A stretch of DNA of 63,148 nt, the filler included, from Welwitschia mirabilis (lineage: Eukaryota): assembly GCA_051453625.1 (NCBI GenBank). It is 6 parts of one record of this genome, joined end to end, with 100 filler letters (N's around TTAATTAATTAA, not from the genome) between each part and the next. Parts side by side here need not be neighbours in the genome. Positions count along the whole stretch, not along the records: positions 10,817 to 28,991 come from JBOZIK010000001.1; 5 more parts are not named here. The stretch is one strand, 5' to 3'. Positions within the stretch are counted from its first letter, which is position 1. Each line of letters opens with the position of its first letter. The notes beneath the pieces are model-generated. The model searched no databases and was not told the DNA's origin. It saw only the letters and a list, made by a program, of their open reading frames with translations. The translations under genes and the position numbers were made by a program. Positions 10,817-23,627 of the stretch are shown here, one piece after another.

Positions 10817-13800
10817 TTACATATATGAAGAGGTATGATGTTGACACTAGCTCTTATATCAATTAAATCTTTGTAAATTCTTTTGTTTCCTTCCAAGGTG
10901 ACACTCATAGTTGCTGCTCTAGGGTCTTTTGAATTTAGGACACTTTTTCATAACTAAGTTAAAAATAGATTAAGTAAGAAAACTTTGCTAGGAATAGTAC
11001 ATTTTTATTTTCTTTTTACTAAGTCTTTCTATAACTTAAAATATTTATTATTTTCTTTCAAGAGTTTCTAAAACGATAAGCTGATTTTTACCTCTTGCAT
11101 CAAGGTTTTCAAATTCTTAACAAAGGTAGAATTCATGTTTAACCTATCAAGCCAAGGAGTAGATGGTTTCTTCCCTTTATTTTCTTCTGAAGAATTTTTA
11201 GTGGAGGTTTTAACATGTGATATTGATGGGAAGTTATATAAGTTCAAAAGTTCTACATCCTCTTCTTCATTAATTTTCTCATTACTTTTTGAAGTTAAAA
11301 CCTTGTGGTAGAAGGTGTTGTATCATGTCTAGTTCTTGTTATTACTTTCAAATTTCTCTTGATTTTGTTTGGGTTAGGTAAAGGTTAAGNNNNNNNNNNN
11401 NNNNNNNNNNNNNNNNNNNNNNNNNNNNNNNNNNNNNNNNNNNNNNNNNNNNNNNNNNNNNNNNNNNNNNNNNNNNNNNNNNNNNNNNNNNNNNNNNNNN
11501 NNNNNNNNNNNNNNNNNNNNNNNNNNNNNNNNNNNNNNNNNNNNNNNNNNNNNNNNNNNNNNNNNNNNNNNNNNNNNNNNNNNNNNNNNNNNNNNNNNNN
11601 NNNNNNNNNNNNNNNNNNNNNNNNNNNNNNNNNNNNNNNNNNNNNNNNNNNNNNNNNNNNNNNNNNNNNNNNNNNNNNNNNNNNNNNNNNNNNNNNNNNN
11701 NNNNNNNNNNNNNNNNNNNNNNNNNNNNNNNNNNNNNNNNNNNNNNNNNNNNNNNNNNNNNNNNNNNNNNNNNNNNNNNNNNNNNNNNNNNNNNNNNNNN
11801 NNNNNNNNNNNNNNNNNNNNNNNNNNNNNNNNNNNNNNNNNNNNNNNNNNNNNNNNNNTCTCTTGATTTTGTTTGGGTTAGGTAAAGGTTAAGATGTAAG
11901 ATGCCCTTGTGTTCTTTGATTGGCAAGCATCATTTGTTGAATCAGATTTACTAAGTTTTCAATATTACTTTTAGTCTTTTAAATATTACTATTAGTCTTT
12001 CCTTGTAGCTTTTTTTAAATCTTCTATGGAATCTCTAATGAATCATTTTTATTTGGTTGAAAATTAAAGTTATTTGATTGGAAGTTTGATTTCCTAAATA
12101 TATTCTCAAAAGGTTTCCATTGTGATTGTCCACTTACATTTTGTTGAAATTGTGGTTGACTTTTAAAGTTAGGTGTTCTTTGATTGAATGCACAAACTTC
12201 CTCAAGCATCCTCTCTTTATAAGTTGGTAATAAGGGACACTCTTTAGTTGGATGAGAGGTGTCTTCACAAATTTCACAAGTTGAAGTTTGTATTTTTATC
12301 TTTTACTACCTTTGCATCAACTATTAACTGAGTGTGCTTCTCTAAAGTGGTAATGAAATCCTTAATTAAATTGGTTGATTTACCTCTTTTTTCTTCCCTG
12401 TCATGTTTAACCTCATTTAAATCTTTTATGATTTGGCCTACAATTTGATTTTCCTTAGTGGGTTTAGGCCAAGTTTGAATTATCTCTATTAGGTTTTTCA
12501 ACACACTTCCTTCCTCCTCTAAAACTAAGTTCAATAAGTTGCTATCATAAGAAATGTCTATGAGTTGCTTATTTTAACTATTTAATCCATTGTAGAAATA
12601 ATTAACTAATTCTTCTTTAAGGAATTTATCAATAGGATTATAATAACTAGATATTATAAAATGTTCATAAGACATGACATAATTTTCATGAGGTTGTTGT
12701 TGAAAGTCAGTAACTTCCTTTCTTTTTTCCTCATGAAACTTTTACTTAAAAATATTTTAATAAAAAATTCTTGCACTTGAATCTATGATTTAAGACTCTT
12801 ATGTGGAATGGTTTTAAGCCAAAGTTTTTCCCTTCCTCTAAGTATGACTGGAAAAATAATCATGTAAGTATAATCACTAATATGTTTCTTTCCATTTCCT
12901 AAGGTAAGCACAAGTTATTCAATATCAGCTAGATGTTGGAAAGGGTCTTCCTCAGGTTTCCTTAAAAAAGTTAGATAAGAACTCAAATTTCTTAATTCTA
13001 CATCATCACCAATAGGTAAATCAAAGGGATTTTGGATTTCACATTTTCTATTAATAATTAAATATCTAAGAGTAACACTTGTATTTGAAGTAGAAGTTCC
13101 TATTATGATTGGCGTACTAGATGAAGCAAATTGCTTTTGTTTTTGTGATGATTTCGACATATTTGTAGAAGAAATGATACAATCTACTTCTATACTATAA
13201 TTTTATTTTATAAAAAATAATTTTGAAATAAGAAAAGTAGAAAATCTTCTTCTTTTTCAATTCTTAGAATTTGTGTACCTTGGGTGTGCATACCTAGATT
13301 TTTCTCGAAGTTAAGTAATCCTTCTCTGATATTCTCTTTAATCAAGTTTTACCCTCTTTGATATTTTCTCTTTCTACCAGAATTCACCATATCTTTACAT
13401 ACTCATATAATAAATAAAAACTGAAATAAAAAATAACTATCATCCACATGGTCGTGGGGATGATAGGAGGGATGACAATTACAATAATAGAAAACTGAAC
13501 TTAGATAAAAATTACTGAAACCCAAAAACCACTGTTGTTCAGGATGTCATGGGGACGACAGAGAAGATGATAGAATTTTTATTAGTAATCTATAAATAGA
13601 AAGAAAAATTACAAAAAAAAAATAATTTTACAATTTAGAAGTGTCATTTCAAATGTGTGGGAATGACAAAGAGGACAACAGATGTTTCTAAAGCTATGGA
13701 AAATAAAAATTTCTGAACATAAACCTACTTAAGCCATGCCAAAAATACAATACTATTTTAAATAAATAACCTAAATAGAAATTTAGGGTACTTATCTAGA

Positions 13801-13830
13801 TAGTGATAATCCTCAATATTTTTGTGGCCT

Positions 13831-13848
13831 TTTCTGACAATGACGCTA
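13831..13848 (-). promoter_or_regulatory. Degenerate tRNA-Asp PBS
   Basis: The + strand reads TTTCTGACAATGACGCTA versus canonical Athila TCCCCGGCAACGGCGCCA. All differences are transitions. It lies 3 nt from the LTR. Confidence 0.7.
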
Positions 13849-13851
13849 AAA

Positions 13852-15105
13852 TGTTATGGTGTGAATTATGCAATCTTTAAGTCATTAGGCAAAAATCTGA
13901 AATCACAATACTTGCAGAAAACACATACTAGTATAGACAGGAATTAACTTAAATGTCATAATCCATTAAAGGCACTAGGCTAAAAGTTTGAGAATTGATT
14001 TTATAAAGTATTTTTAATATTTTCTATTTAGTAAATGAAAGTAAATAATAATGTAAATCAACGCAAGATGAATGATGATGAAAATGCAATGGATGAAATG
14101 CAAGTGAGATGTGTTCCATTTGGACTTTAATCGTCCTGTTATAAGAACTATTTCTTTATAACTTAGATCAACTAGGAAGAGTTCTATTACTTGTCCCTAG
14201 TCAACATAAACTATAATAATTACTAAATATAATATGGATAATGCCATATGGAATTGGAATAAAATAGCAATGCAAATCTAAACTAATAAAATCAACCTTG
14301 ATAAAGGTTTCCCTTATGATCTAAATAAACTATAGAACTATCACTAAACTATAATCAACTTAAATCATAAGGGACATTAATGTAATTGTAGTAAAAATAA
14401 TAATTAAATTAATCATGAACTTTTACATTCACTTGTAATAAATTAGTAGCAACTCGATAGAGGATACTTAGCCCAACACCAAGGTAAACTTCTTTCTGCA
14501 GCTACTGGATGGACCTCTTGTTCTTCAATCTTCCCTCACAAGAACATTAGGTATAAAAGATGGAAAATGAAGTAAAGGAAAGGGAGGGTATTTATAGTTT
14601 TACGATGAGGTTCTAAAAGCCATACCATATGAGTCGAAGAAGAAACCCTAGCAGCCCAAATGGGTCACATGGCCCCATCACAAACATAATTTTTTTTGTC
14701 TATAGAAAATAGTTGTCATACTAACTATTATGGGGATGACCATGAGGATGTCACTCCACGTTAAAAGGTGGTCCATCAGCTTTAACCCTTGTAGTCAACT
14801 CCATATACTTCATTCATTTCAATAGTGCTATCATCTTATCTATCGTGGGAATAATAGAGGGAATGACATGCTTCTTCATCTTCTAGCTTAAAGAGGAATC
14901 TGTTTTCTACATGGTAAATCCTTCTTTCAAAGTATGAAGTATCAAAATAAGTCTGAGATGCCTCAAAATATGTTAAGAATTACATATTTTCATGATCATC
15001 CTATTAGTTTTCTATAATCATCAAAATTGCATTCAAACTTGTATAAATTTCCTCCAAAAGCACTCAAAATATATCACCAAATTCCAACAAATTGACATTA
15101 CAGCA
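13852..15105 (-). repeat. Athila-family 5' LTR (~1.25 kb)
   Basis: Termini TGTTATGGTGTG...CATTACAGCA. Shares blocks such as CAACCTTGATAAAGGTTTCCC and CAACACCAAGG with the LTRs at 31552, 37877 and 44522. Confidence 0.8.
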
Positions 15106-16149
15106 AAGTATCTTAAGTTAATCCCATTCACCTTGTGTCCTGTTTATCTTTGGGTTTGTTTCATATTGGATTTGTCCTGTGTTTTAATTAATCCTCTTTT
15201 GAATAAGTGCTACTCAAGTGAATGCTATTGCCATAGTGCCATCAAGCTTAGTGATATCAAGCTAAGTGGTACCAGCTTAATCTGATAAGCTCAATGCTAT
15301 TATCTAAGTGATTTCTCAGCTTATTGATTTCCTAAATGTTATAATTTCAATCCTTGTAGTAAGCTTAACATTATGGTGAGATCGTTAAAATATTTATTTT
15401 TATCCACCATTCCTATTTTTGTCCCATATTTATACATTTCTTACCATGGTTCTTATTTTAATTTATTGTTCTATCCCTAGTCTCTCTTTTACAAATCCCT
15501 TGAATTTCTATTTTCTTGAATGTTTATTTTTATCATTCCCCTAATTTCATCTCTCAAAGCATATTGCATGCTAAATTTATATGTCTCCTTGTATATATTA
15601 CAATTCATCACAATAAACAAATTGAACTATTTTTATGAAACATCATTAATGTTCTCTGAGATTTGTCTTTGTATTTGGGAACCATCATAAGTAATCCCAT
15701 GAATTCATCATATCCTTTTTATGCATCATAGGGAAAATATTATCATCTCAAGTATTTTTTCTACAACCCGTGTTAGTTCTACAACCTATTTCATCAAACC
15801 AACAAAATACAGATTCCTACCAACATTAGGCTAGTTTTCAGTCATCCATAATGTATGAATCCTTACATCAAAAACATGTTAACCATTAAATATTGCTAAA
15901 ACTATCTAATAAGAGTAATGTACTATATAAAACCAAAAAAATATTGATGAAGAATTCATTGAAAGAGAATCAATATGAGCTATTACAACAGATCAATCAG
16001 ATATTGCTTCTAGAGAATGAAAAACAAAGTAAATCCTCAAAACATCATTATTAAGAGCATAAAAGAATACAAAAAATATCATCATAAAATTCAATTACTT
16101 CCTATGAATAATAGTAAACTATAAAATGTAAACGAAGTTGTAAAAGATG

Positions 16150-17330
16150 AAAGGTGTATCATGGTCATGAATAGAGAGCTAAATCAAATTAAGAAAATCA
16201 TATATGGAAACTATTTGATCTTTCTCCAAGGAGGAAATTAATTTATTTATAAATAAGATGGATGAAAATCAAAATGTAAATCAAATTAAGATAAGATTTG
16301 TTAATATAGGATGTAGACAAAAAGAAAGAATTAATTAAAATAAAGCATTTTATTCTATTTCTTATTTGGAAACTATAAGAATCTCCCTTGTCATAGTACT
16401 CAATAAAGAGGTAAGAGTTAAAAATGAACATAAAGGATATCAATGGTAAATTAAAAAAAAATAAGGTAAATTACATTTTAAATTCATAATTTTTAAATTA
16501 GAAAAAAAAATTACGTGGTCATGAAAAGGCTACAAATTAAAGTATGATCCTTAAACACTAGCAACTAAAAACTATAGAAGTGGATTTAAATATTTCTATT
16601 TTGATAATACTTTCTCTTGTCTAAATAAAGGTACTTCCATTGTGTTTATTTCATCTTATGTTAATGATATAATATTTGGTAATGATTCAATTACATTGAT
16701 TGAAAAGTCTAAAAGGCCATGATGAAAGAATTTGAAATGAAAGCTATGTTCCTGATAAAGTATTTCATGTAAATAAAAGTAAATCAATCTAATTATTTAA
16801 TCAAGATGTCTCAAAATACTATGATTGAGATAAATGTAGTAATATCTTTTCTAATTATAAATACTAAGTATTTTCCTAGATTCTATGTATTATTTAATGA
16901 CAATTCATTCATATATCAAAGTTCCTATTGTAATTATGGCTTGTTTCATGGAATACCCAACTAAAATACATTAAAGCATTATTAAGAAATTGTTGAGGTA
17001 CATTTCTAATACATGTTATGGCTTAATTTATGACCACCAACCTACTTTTTGGGTAATCTATGACATCAATTTAGTAGATGTCCAAGAACTTTAAAAAGCA
17101 TTAATGAAAATTTATTTACGTGAAAATAATACTAATTTAATATAGTTCCAAAAAGTAAATATTAGTAATCTAATTAATTATAGAAGCTAAATGTGTATTA
17201 ATTATAAAGGGAATGCCAAAGATCATGTGATTTAAGAAAAAAATTCACAAAAATGAAACTTCTATTCAAATCTCTCATGCAAAATTTCAAATATAACTAA
17301 AGTGCAACCAAGATAACAATAAATATTTAA
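16150..17330 (+). pseudogene. pol: Highly decayed Ty1/copia RT-RNase H relic
   Basis: YVNDIIFG (~16655, YVDD motif), EFEMK (~16730) and an SKK..V....EA..V RNase H motif (~17145-17195). Ends are approximate. Confidence 0.65.
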
Positions 17331-17945
17331 TGATTCAAAATCCTATGTATCTTTTTAGTTAATATGAATTTTCTTTTAATGTTAAGTTAAAATAAATTTA
17401 TATTTATTATTTAAATTAATTATAAATTTTATGTAGTAGGTTGTTAATGTTGTGTATAAAATACATTAACAAATGTTGCAGATATATATTCCACATGGCA
17501 TGAGAATGAATAAAAAAAATGATTAGGCTAAAATTTAGGAACTACCTCATAAACATAAATCATTTTAAAGAGAAAGAGAAAAAGCTAATTACTAGGAGGG
17601 AAGGATTTTGGTATAAAGAAGGGACGCTAAATCCATAAGGTAGCTTTTGACAAGAAAGGAGAACTAGGAATGGTATGTTATAAGATATCTACCTAGGAAT
17701 TCCATTAAAACTCCAATGCTACCCATAAAGGAAACATTGGCTTTAGTGCTACCTAGAAAGGAAATACTATTTTATAATTAGTTTTTTAAACATAATACAT
17801 GCATAATACTTCTGCTAAAAGTTGTACTTGTGTTATTAACTATTATAGCATTTGATATTATTGTAAAACTAAAATTGCATTATTCCTATGTTTTCTTTAT
17901 TATAACATTACTTGAAAACATATTGGTTATCTATTTTTCTACTCT

Positions 17946-18046
17946 CATATATGTAGTTAAACATATGCTAGGATATTTACATATATGTAGTTAAACATAT
18001 ATGTAGTTAAACATATATGTAGTTAAACATACGCTAGGATATTTAC
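17946..18046. repeat. Short tandem repeat, ~16-bp unit ACATATATGTAGTTAA
   Basis: Four copies of CATATATGTAGTTAAA interleaved with two GCTAGGATATTTAC copies. Confidence 0.85.
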
Positions 18047-18859
18047 AGTGCTTAGAAATAAGTGTTGTTTTAGCATTTTAGTTGAATTTATAAACAAATT
18101 TTAATATTTCCTCCTTAAACATGTATAACATGTCTACATTGATTATGAATCAGTCTTTAACCTAAATTATTTAAGTTGTCCTTTATTAAGATCTTATCTC
18201 AGTAATGCAATTTGGATTAAGTTGGTTGAAGATTTAAGAATCTTAACTAGTTCCTTAGTAAGCCCCTTCATTTTTAAACTAAATGATTAAAGATAATATT
18301 TAGGTTAATAGTATAACATTTTTAGAGTTTTTTTTTGGATAGTTTTCTAGTATTTATCCATATTTTTATTAATACATAGCTCTTATCATTTTAGCACTAG
18401 AAGAAGGGATGCTTTTAAATCTAACTAGTAAAGATGAAAAACTTAACTATTTAGGAGGACAATCAAGGAAAATAAAGGATTGAAAAAGGTATATATATTA
18501 GGGATCTTAGAAAATAGGATTTATAAAAACAAACTTCAAATCAAATAAATTAAAAATAGAGTAAGGATAATTTAATATTGACGAAACAGCATTACAATGG
18601 CTTCTCAAAGAATAACTATTATCCCAACTTATGATTAAAATGGAAAAAAGGGTGTTTACTCTTTTAAAAACACCTCTAACTTAGAACAAATAGAAATTAT
18701 AAAATTTAGAAACCCATAGTATGAAAAAGTTTTTATCACATTATTATTAGAAAGATGATGAAGATTCTACATCCTTAAACTACAATACCTATTAGTTAGA
18801 AGATTTAAATCCTATTAGCCCTAATTCTTTGTAATTTTTTGATAAGGCTAGGAATATAA

Positions 18860-19206
18860 GTATTTCATTAACACCTACTTTTGAAGGATACAATTCAAAA
18901 TAGTCCTAACTTCACCTAAGTTTATTTAACTCCTTTTGTAAAACATACTATTTAGACTCAAAATTAAATTATCTAAGATATTTTTTAATTTCTATTAATG
19001 GAGAGGTAAAGTTGTGGTATTACAGGAATCTCAAACATGCTTTCAACTCATAAATGTTTTAAAAAATATTTCCTTAGATAAAGTTCAGACCATGGAAGTG
19101 GTCAAAGATTTAAAAGAATAAATCTTGAATATTAAATAAAAAGAAAATGAGATATTTAATGGATTCATGTATAGGTATAATATATTACTAGCTAAATTTT
19201 TTAAGA
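18860..19206 (+). pseudogene. gag: Decayed Ty3/gypsy gag fragment
   Basis: TPTFEGYNSK*S*LHLSLFNSFCKT...YFLISINGEVKLWYY resembles the P.F.G...DP..HL..F...C...F..SL.G.A..WY gag motif. Confidence 0.6.
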
Positions 19207-20291
19207 AGAGGAGGCATGTGGAAGCTTAGGAGTAGAGTAGCAAATCCTGAATCTAAACTTGAAGGAGTTAAACTAAAAATTAACAAGAGAACCAAAAGGT
19301 CAACTAGTTTGGAGAGGGGGTCAATTATCCATAGCTATGGTCAACTGGCCCTAATGAGGGATCAACTAGCTTTGCATCTAGATGAAGTTGATAATGCTAA
19401 ATATAAGATCAATCAACTAAGAATATGGTTTATTAACTCAATAGATTGACTAAATTAGCACAAGGAGTCAACTAACCATTGAATTATTATACAAATCATT
19501 TATAAGAATATTAAACATATTCCTAACCATTTTGATTTTAGATAAATATTAAATTCTTCATATGTGAGCCTCACAAATAATTACAAATGGATTTCTTATA
19601 TATACTAGAGAATCTAGCATTAAAAATATAGATGATATAATGTTTTGTCTTCATTTTGATACCTGATTGTATGCCATATGAAGCTCTAATTATTGGAATT
19701 GTCTTCACATTCTTTCTTTCTTTATTCTATCTTCTAGTCTCTACTTCATTGTAATAACTAGATATTTGATTATTAATTATGATAAGCTTGTTATGAATAA
19801 TAGACAAAATATATTGTTATACTAGTGGAGGACTACCATAAAGTCTCGAGAAATGTGGAAGTTGAAGCCCTTATAATAAATAGAAAAGAGACTTATATTC
19901 TCATTTTTAAATTTGATTTCATAGTTCATGGTTTAGTTAATTTCAACATGCTAAATTGATTAACTTAATATTAAAATTAGTAGATCTAGGATATTTTATT
20001 ATTTTTCTATGTCTTAACCAAATTAGTAATGTGCACTATATTTTCTAATAATCAAATTGTTTTGGTGGATATTATTAGCATTTGATTTGGTTACTGAAGT
20101 ATAGCATTTATATCACTGTAATTTTTTTAGAACAAAGTGTGTCTCAAACAATATGTTGTCATCATAGATCTATGCTTTTATTAGTTATCTATGTTATTCT
20201 CTTAGATAAGAGCTAATATATTAGTAAATTATCAAAAACTATCATAGATTTCTTATTCATCCCTCCCCTCTACAAAATGTTGATCCTAACA
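19207..20291 (+). mobile_element. Probable solo LTR of a SIRE-like Copia element
   Basis: The 3' end TTATTCATCCCTCCCCTCTA...GATCCTAACA resembles the LTR end at 23521-23561. It carries GTCAACTA motifs. TAAGA flanks both sides (19202-19206, 20292-20296). The 5' dinucleotide is AG, not TG. Confidence 0.6.
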
Positions 20292-20419
20292 TAAGAATCC
20301 TTTACTAAACTATGGCATAAGAGAATTAGTTACTAGATTTAAAATGATTTATAAGTTCTTGATAAGAAAGAAATCCTATCTAAAATAATAGGTACACATT
20401 TAAGACCTTTTATCCACTA

Positions 20420-22100
20420 TTCACATAGAAAGAAACATAGAGTTTCTTTTATACATTCCCTCCATCTAGGGGGAAAAATAAGGATTTGAAGTTAATTCAT
20501 ATAAGTTTATGTTTTATGAGAAATAGAACACTTGATGGGTCATTTTATTTTGTAACATTTGTCGATGATCACTTTAGAAAAGTGTGATTATTTTTCTTGA
20601 AAATCCAATATCAAGTGTTTAATGCATTTAAGCAATTCCATACTAAAGTATAAAGGAAAACTAAAAGAAAATTGAAATTTGTAAAAATAGATAATGGTGG
20701 TGAATTTAGAGGACTATCTAAGGAGTATTGCAACTCTTATAGAATTAGGATTATAAAGATAATACCAAAGACTCCATAGAAAAAGGATGTGATTAAAAGA
20801 ATGACTAGAACCATCTATGAAAAAAATTGTATATATGTTCTTTTATGTAAAGTTGCCTAAATTATTTTGGGATAAGGTAATGAAAAAAACAATTAATTTA
20901 ATTAATATTTTTCCTTTAAAACCTCTTAATGGTAATATTCATAATAGTGTTTGAATAGAAATAATGCATCTTATGCCTATTTATAGGTTTTTGGCTACAT
21001 GGCATTTGTTTACATTTTTAGAAATGAAAGGTTCAAACTTGATGGGAATAAAAAATAGTGTATCTTTCTTGGAACATGATGAGTTTGACTATAGGTTATG
21101 GCATCTTAAAGAAAAGAAATTACTAGAAGTAGAGGTATTGTATTCTTGGAACATCAAACTAATAAAGACTTAGCAAAGGAAAAAAAATTAAATACTATCA
21201 AGGAAGGATTATTAATGTACATGGATCCTCATCTCTGCCTATTATACATAATGATCATGAGGTAGATGTATAAAATAATTAAGGAGATGTAATTTAAGAA
21301 CATACAATCACTACTCCCATAATTGAAGATGTTACATTAGCATAACATTTAGNNNNNNNNNNTCCATAAGATATTATCCTAATGAGAATGTACTACTCAG
21401 CTATGTAGGATAACAAGAGATATATCAAGAAGTAACATCACATGAGCATAAAAAAGAATTGCTCAAGGCCATGAATCACTAGATGTAATTCTTACTTGAC
21501 AATAACACTTATGAGTTGAAAGGTAAAAAGACACTCAACAACAAATGGATGTTTCTATCAAAGACTAAGCAAAATAGATTACAACCAAGGTATTAAGCAT
21601 GTTTAGGTATGAAAGGCTATAGTTAGAAGAAGGTAATTAACTTTGAACAAATATTCTTACTAATGGTAAAGATGTCTTTCATTAGAATTATTCTAGGAGT
21701 AGCTATCAATTTGAACGTAGAGATTGAACAACTTGATGTGAATACTACTTTCCTTCATAGTGATCTAGAGAAAAAGATCTATGTAAAGCATACTAAAGGA
21801 TTTAAAGTCAAAGATAAGAAGAATCTTATGTAAAAATTGAAAAATAGATTAAATGGCTTCAAATAAGTATCTAGGAAGTGGTATAATAAGTTTGATTTAT
21901 TCATGGGAAAGTAGGGTATAAGAGAATTATTTCTAACTATTGCATATTTATTTATACATTATCAAATGATTATTTTATCATTCTCTTACTTTATGTAAAT
22001 GATATGTGGATAGTTGGTCTAAATACTAAGCAAATTAATAAGCTAAAAGAAGAGCTAGTAAAGTAATTTGTAATAAAGGATATAGGACCAGCGATGTAAA
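20420..22100 (+). pseudogene. pol: Ty1/copia pol (integrase and RT), Tnt1/Tork-like, interrupted by the SIRE-like element
   Basis: YFVTFVDDHFRKV, KFVKIDNGGEFRG, QLDVNTTFLHSDLEKKIYV, IILLLYVNDMWIVG and FVIKDIGPA, followed directly by an LTR at 22101. Confidence 0.88.
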
Positions 22101-23561
22101 TGTTAGATTATGTTTTATCAATTGATGTCAAACTCATGTTTTCTGTGTAGCAAATTTTGTGTATCTTATGTAGAAAATGTTAACCACTTGCAAGTTAGGT
22201 GCTGAATCCATAAATGTCAAGATCTAATCTCTAAAAACTTGTCAAGTTCACTTACCCTCTTGAGGATTCGACCAAACTTTCAAGGGGTCGACTACACCAG
22301 GAGCATACTTTAAGAATTAAACTGAATTTAGAGGGATTAAACAAATTTCTGATGGAGTCAACTAGATATATGATATTGAGAGCTAATATCCCTAAACTAA
22401 ATGATAAGGGGTCGATTGAACCTTTGATAGGGTCGACCGGATTTGTCAACTTGAGAATAGTATCCCTGAACCAAATGACAAGGGGTTAACCAGACCTATG
22501 ATGGGGTCGAATGGATCTGTGAACCTAAGAATAGTACTACTAAACTGATTGTTAAGGGGTCAACTGGACCTTTGAAGGGGTTGACTAGACCTAAGCACTG
22601 TGTAGCTGATATCTCTAAGCCGATTGTCATGGGGTTGATTAGATACATGAAGGGATCTACTAAACTTGATGCTGGAAATTAGAATGATCTTTTATTAGGA
22701 TTAGCAGGTGACCCAACAGAAGTATGGGTGACTGGATAGGAGTCGACTAGACCCTAAGGGGTTAATCAAACATGGAGCCATAAGAAATTGGGATGATAAA
22801 AAACTTAACTCAGGTGACCTATACAAGTCAAGGCACTAGATGGGGTCAACCAGACTTTTGAGGGGTCGATTGACTAGAATAGAAATAAAATTTTTTATTC
22901 ATTTTTTATTTATTAGATATCTATTTTCTAGCCGTTTATAGCCATTTCAATTGTAATAAACCCTAAAAGCCTTCTAATATAAATAGTCAAGAGAGAGATG
23001 ATTAAAAAGACTTTTTGACTCTTGATTGAAGGACTAAATATTGTAATATCTACTGTAGCATCTTGGCTTTATGATTCTGATAAAGGGAGATCTATCATTT
23101 GTTGTATCTATATATTCAAGATCAAATCTAGTGCTTTATTTATTGTATTACCTACAAAAGAAGAGCTCCATTAAAACCATTTTACCAAAGAACGAGTGAT
23201 ATCTGTGCATCTTGTCATTATTGCATCTCTATCTTACATTGTAAAAGGTTGAGACTTAGCCTACAAAAGTCCATTTGTAAAGGTTACATGTGAACCTACA
23301 ATACCTGGAGGAATAACAAATATCTAGATCAGGATTGGTGATAAGCTAATCATCAAAAGTGGAGGAGGAAGTTTCTCGAACCACTATAAAATCCTACGTG
23401 CATCTATTCAGTATTTTATGCTTTCAATTAGTTTCATTAGTTTAAATACTTTTAGATATTATTTGCATGCACGAATTTATTAGCAAGTTATTTTGAGTAA
23501 TATTTTGGTATTATGTGAGTTTATTCACCCCCCTCCCATTCTAGGATTCTCAATCCTATTA
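22101..23561 (+). repeat. 5' LTR of SIRE-like element with a GTCGAC-motif cluster
   Basis: TGTTAG...CCTATTA termini, many GGGGTCGACTAGACC-like motifs at 22260-22880, and a TATAAATA box at ~22978. Confidence 0.8.
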
Positions 23562-23563
23562 AT

Positions 23564-23575
23564 TAGTGTCAAAGC
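23564..23575 (+). promoter_or_regulatory. Degenerate tRNA-iMet PBS
   Basis: TAGTGTCAAAGC versus canonical TGGTATCAGAGC, 2 nt after the LTR end. Confidence 0.7.
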
Positions 23576-23627
23576 TAAGTTAAGTCTTTTTTTATATTCT
23601 AACCAATCTAGACTTTAGAATCCTATA

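Larger units (their letters stand above)
10817..15105 (-). mobile_element. Athila-like element, 5' half: LTR, PBS, UTR, gag, protease
   Basis: LTR 13852-15105, PBS 13831-13848, gag ~11000-13160 (VTLRYLI...EEDPFQHLADIE), and protease KDPRAATM...LIDIRASVNIIPL at ~10820-10930 (compare Athila KDPG...LCDLGASVNLMP). Confidence 0.88.

Noticed and set aside
5525..15105. Athila pol (+) and Athila gag (-) as one rearranged or inverted element
   Set aside because: They are separated by an artificial linker, so relative orientation and adjacency are not established.
22260..22880. CRISPR-like repeat-spacer array (also 62615-62870 and 49350-49540)
   Set aside because: The repeats are short, degenerate and irregularly spaced, lie inside TE termini of a plant genome, and have no cas genes.
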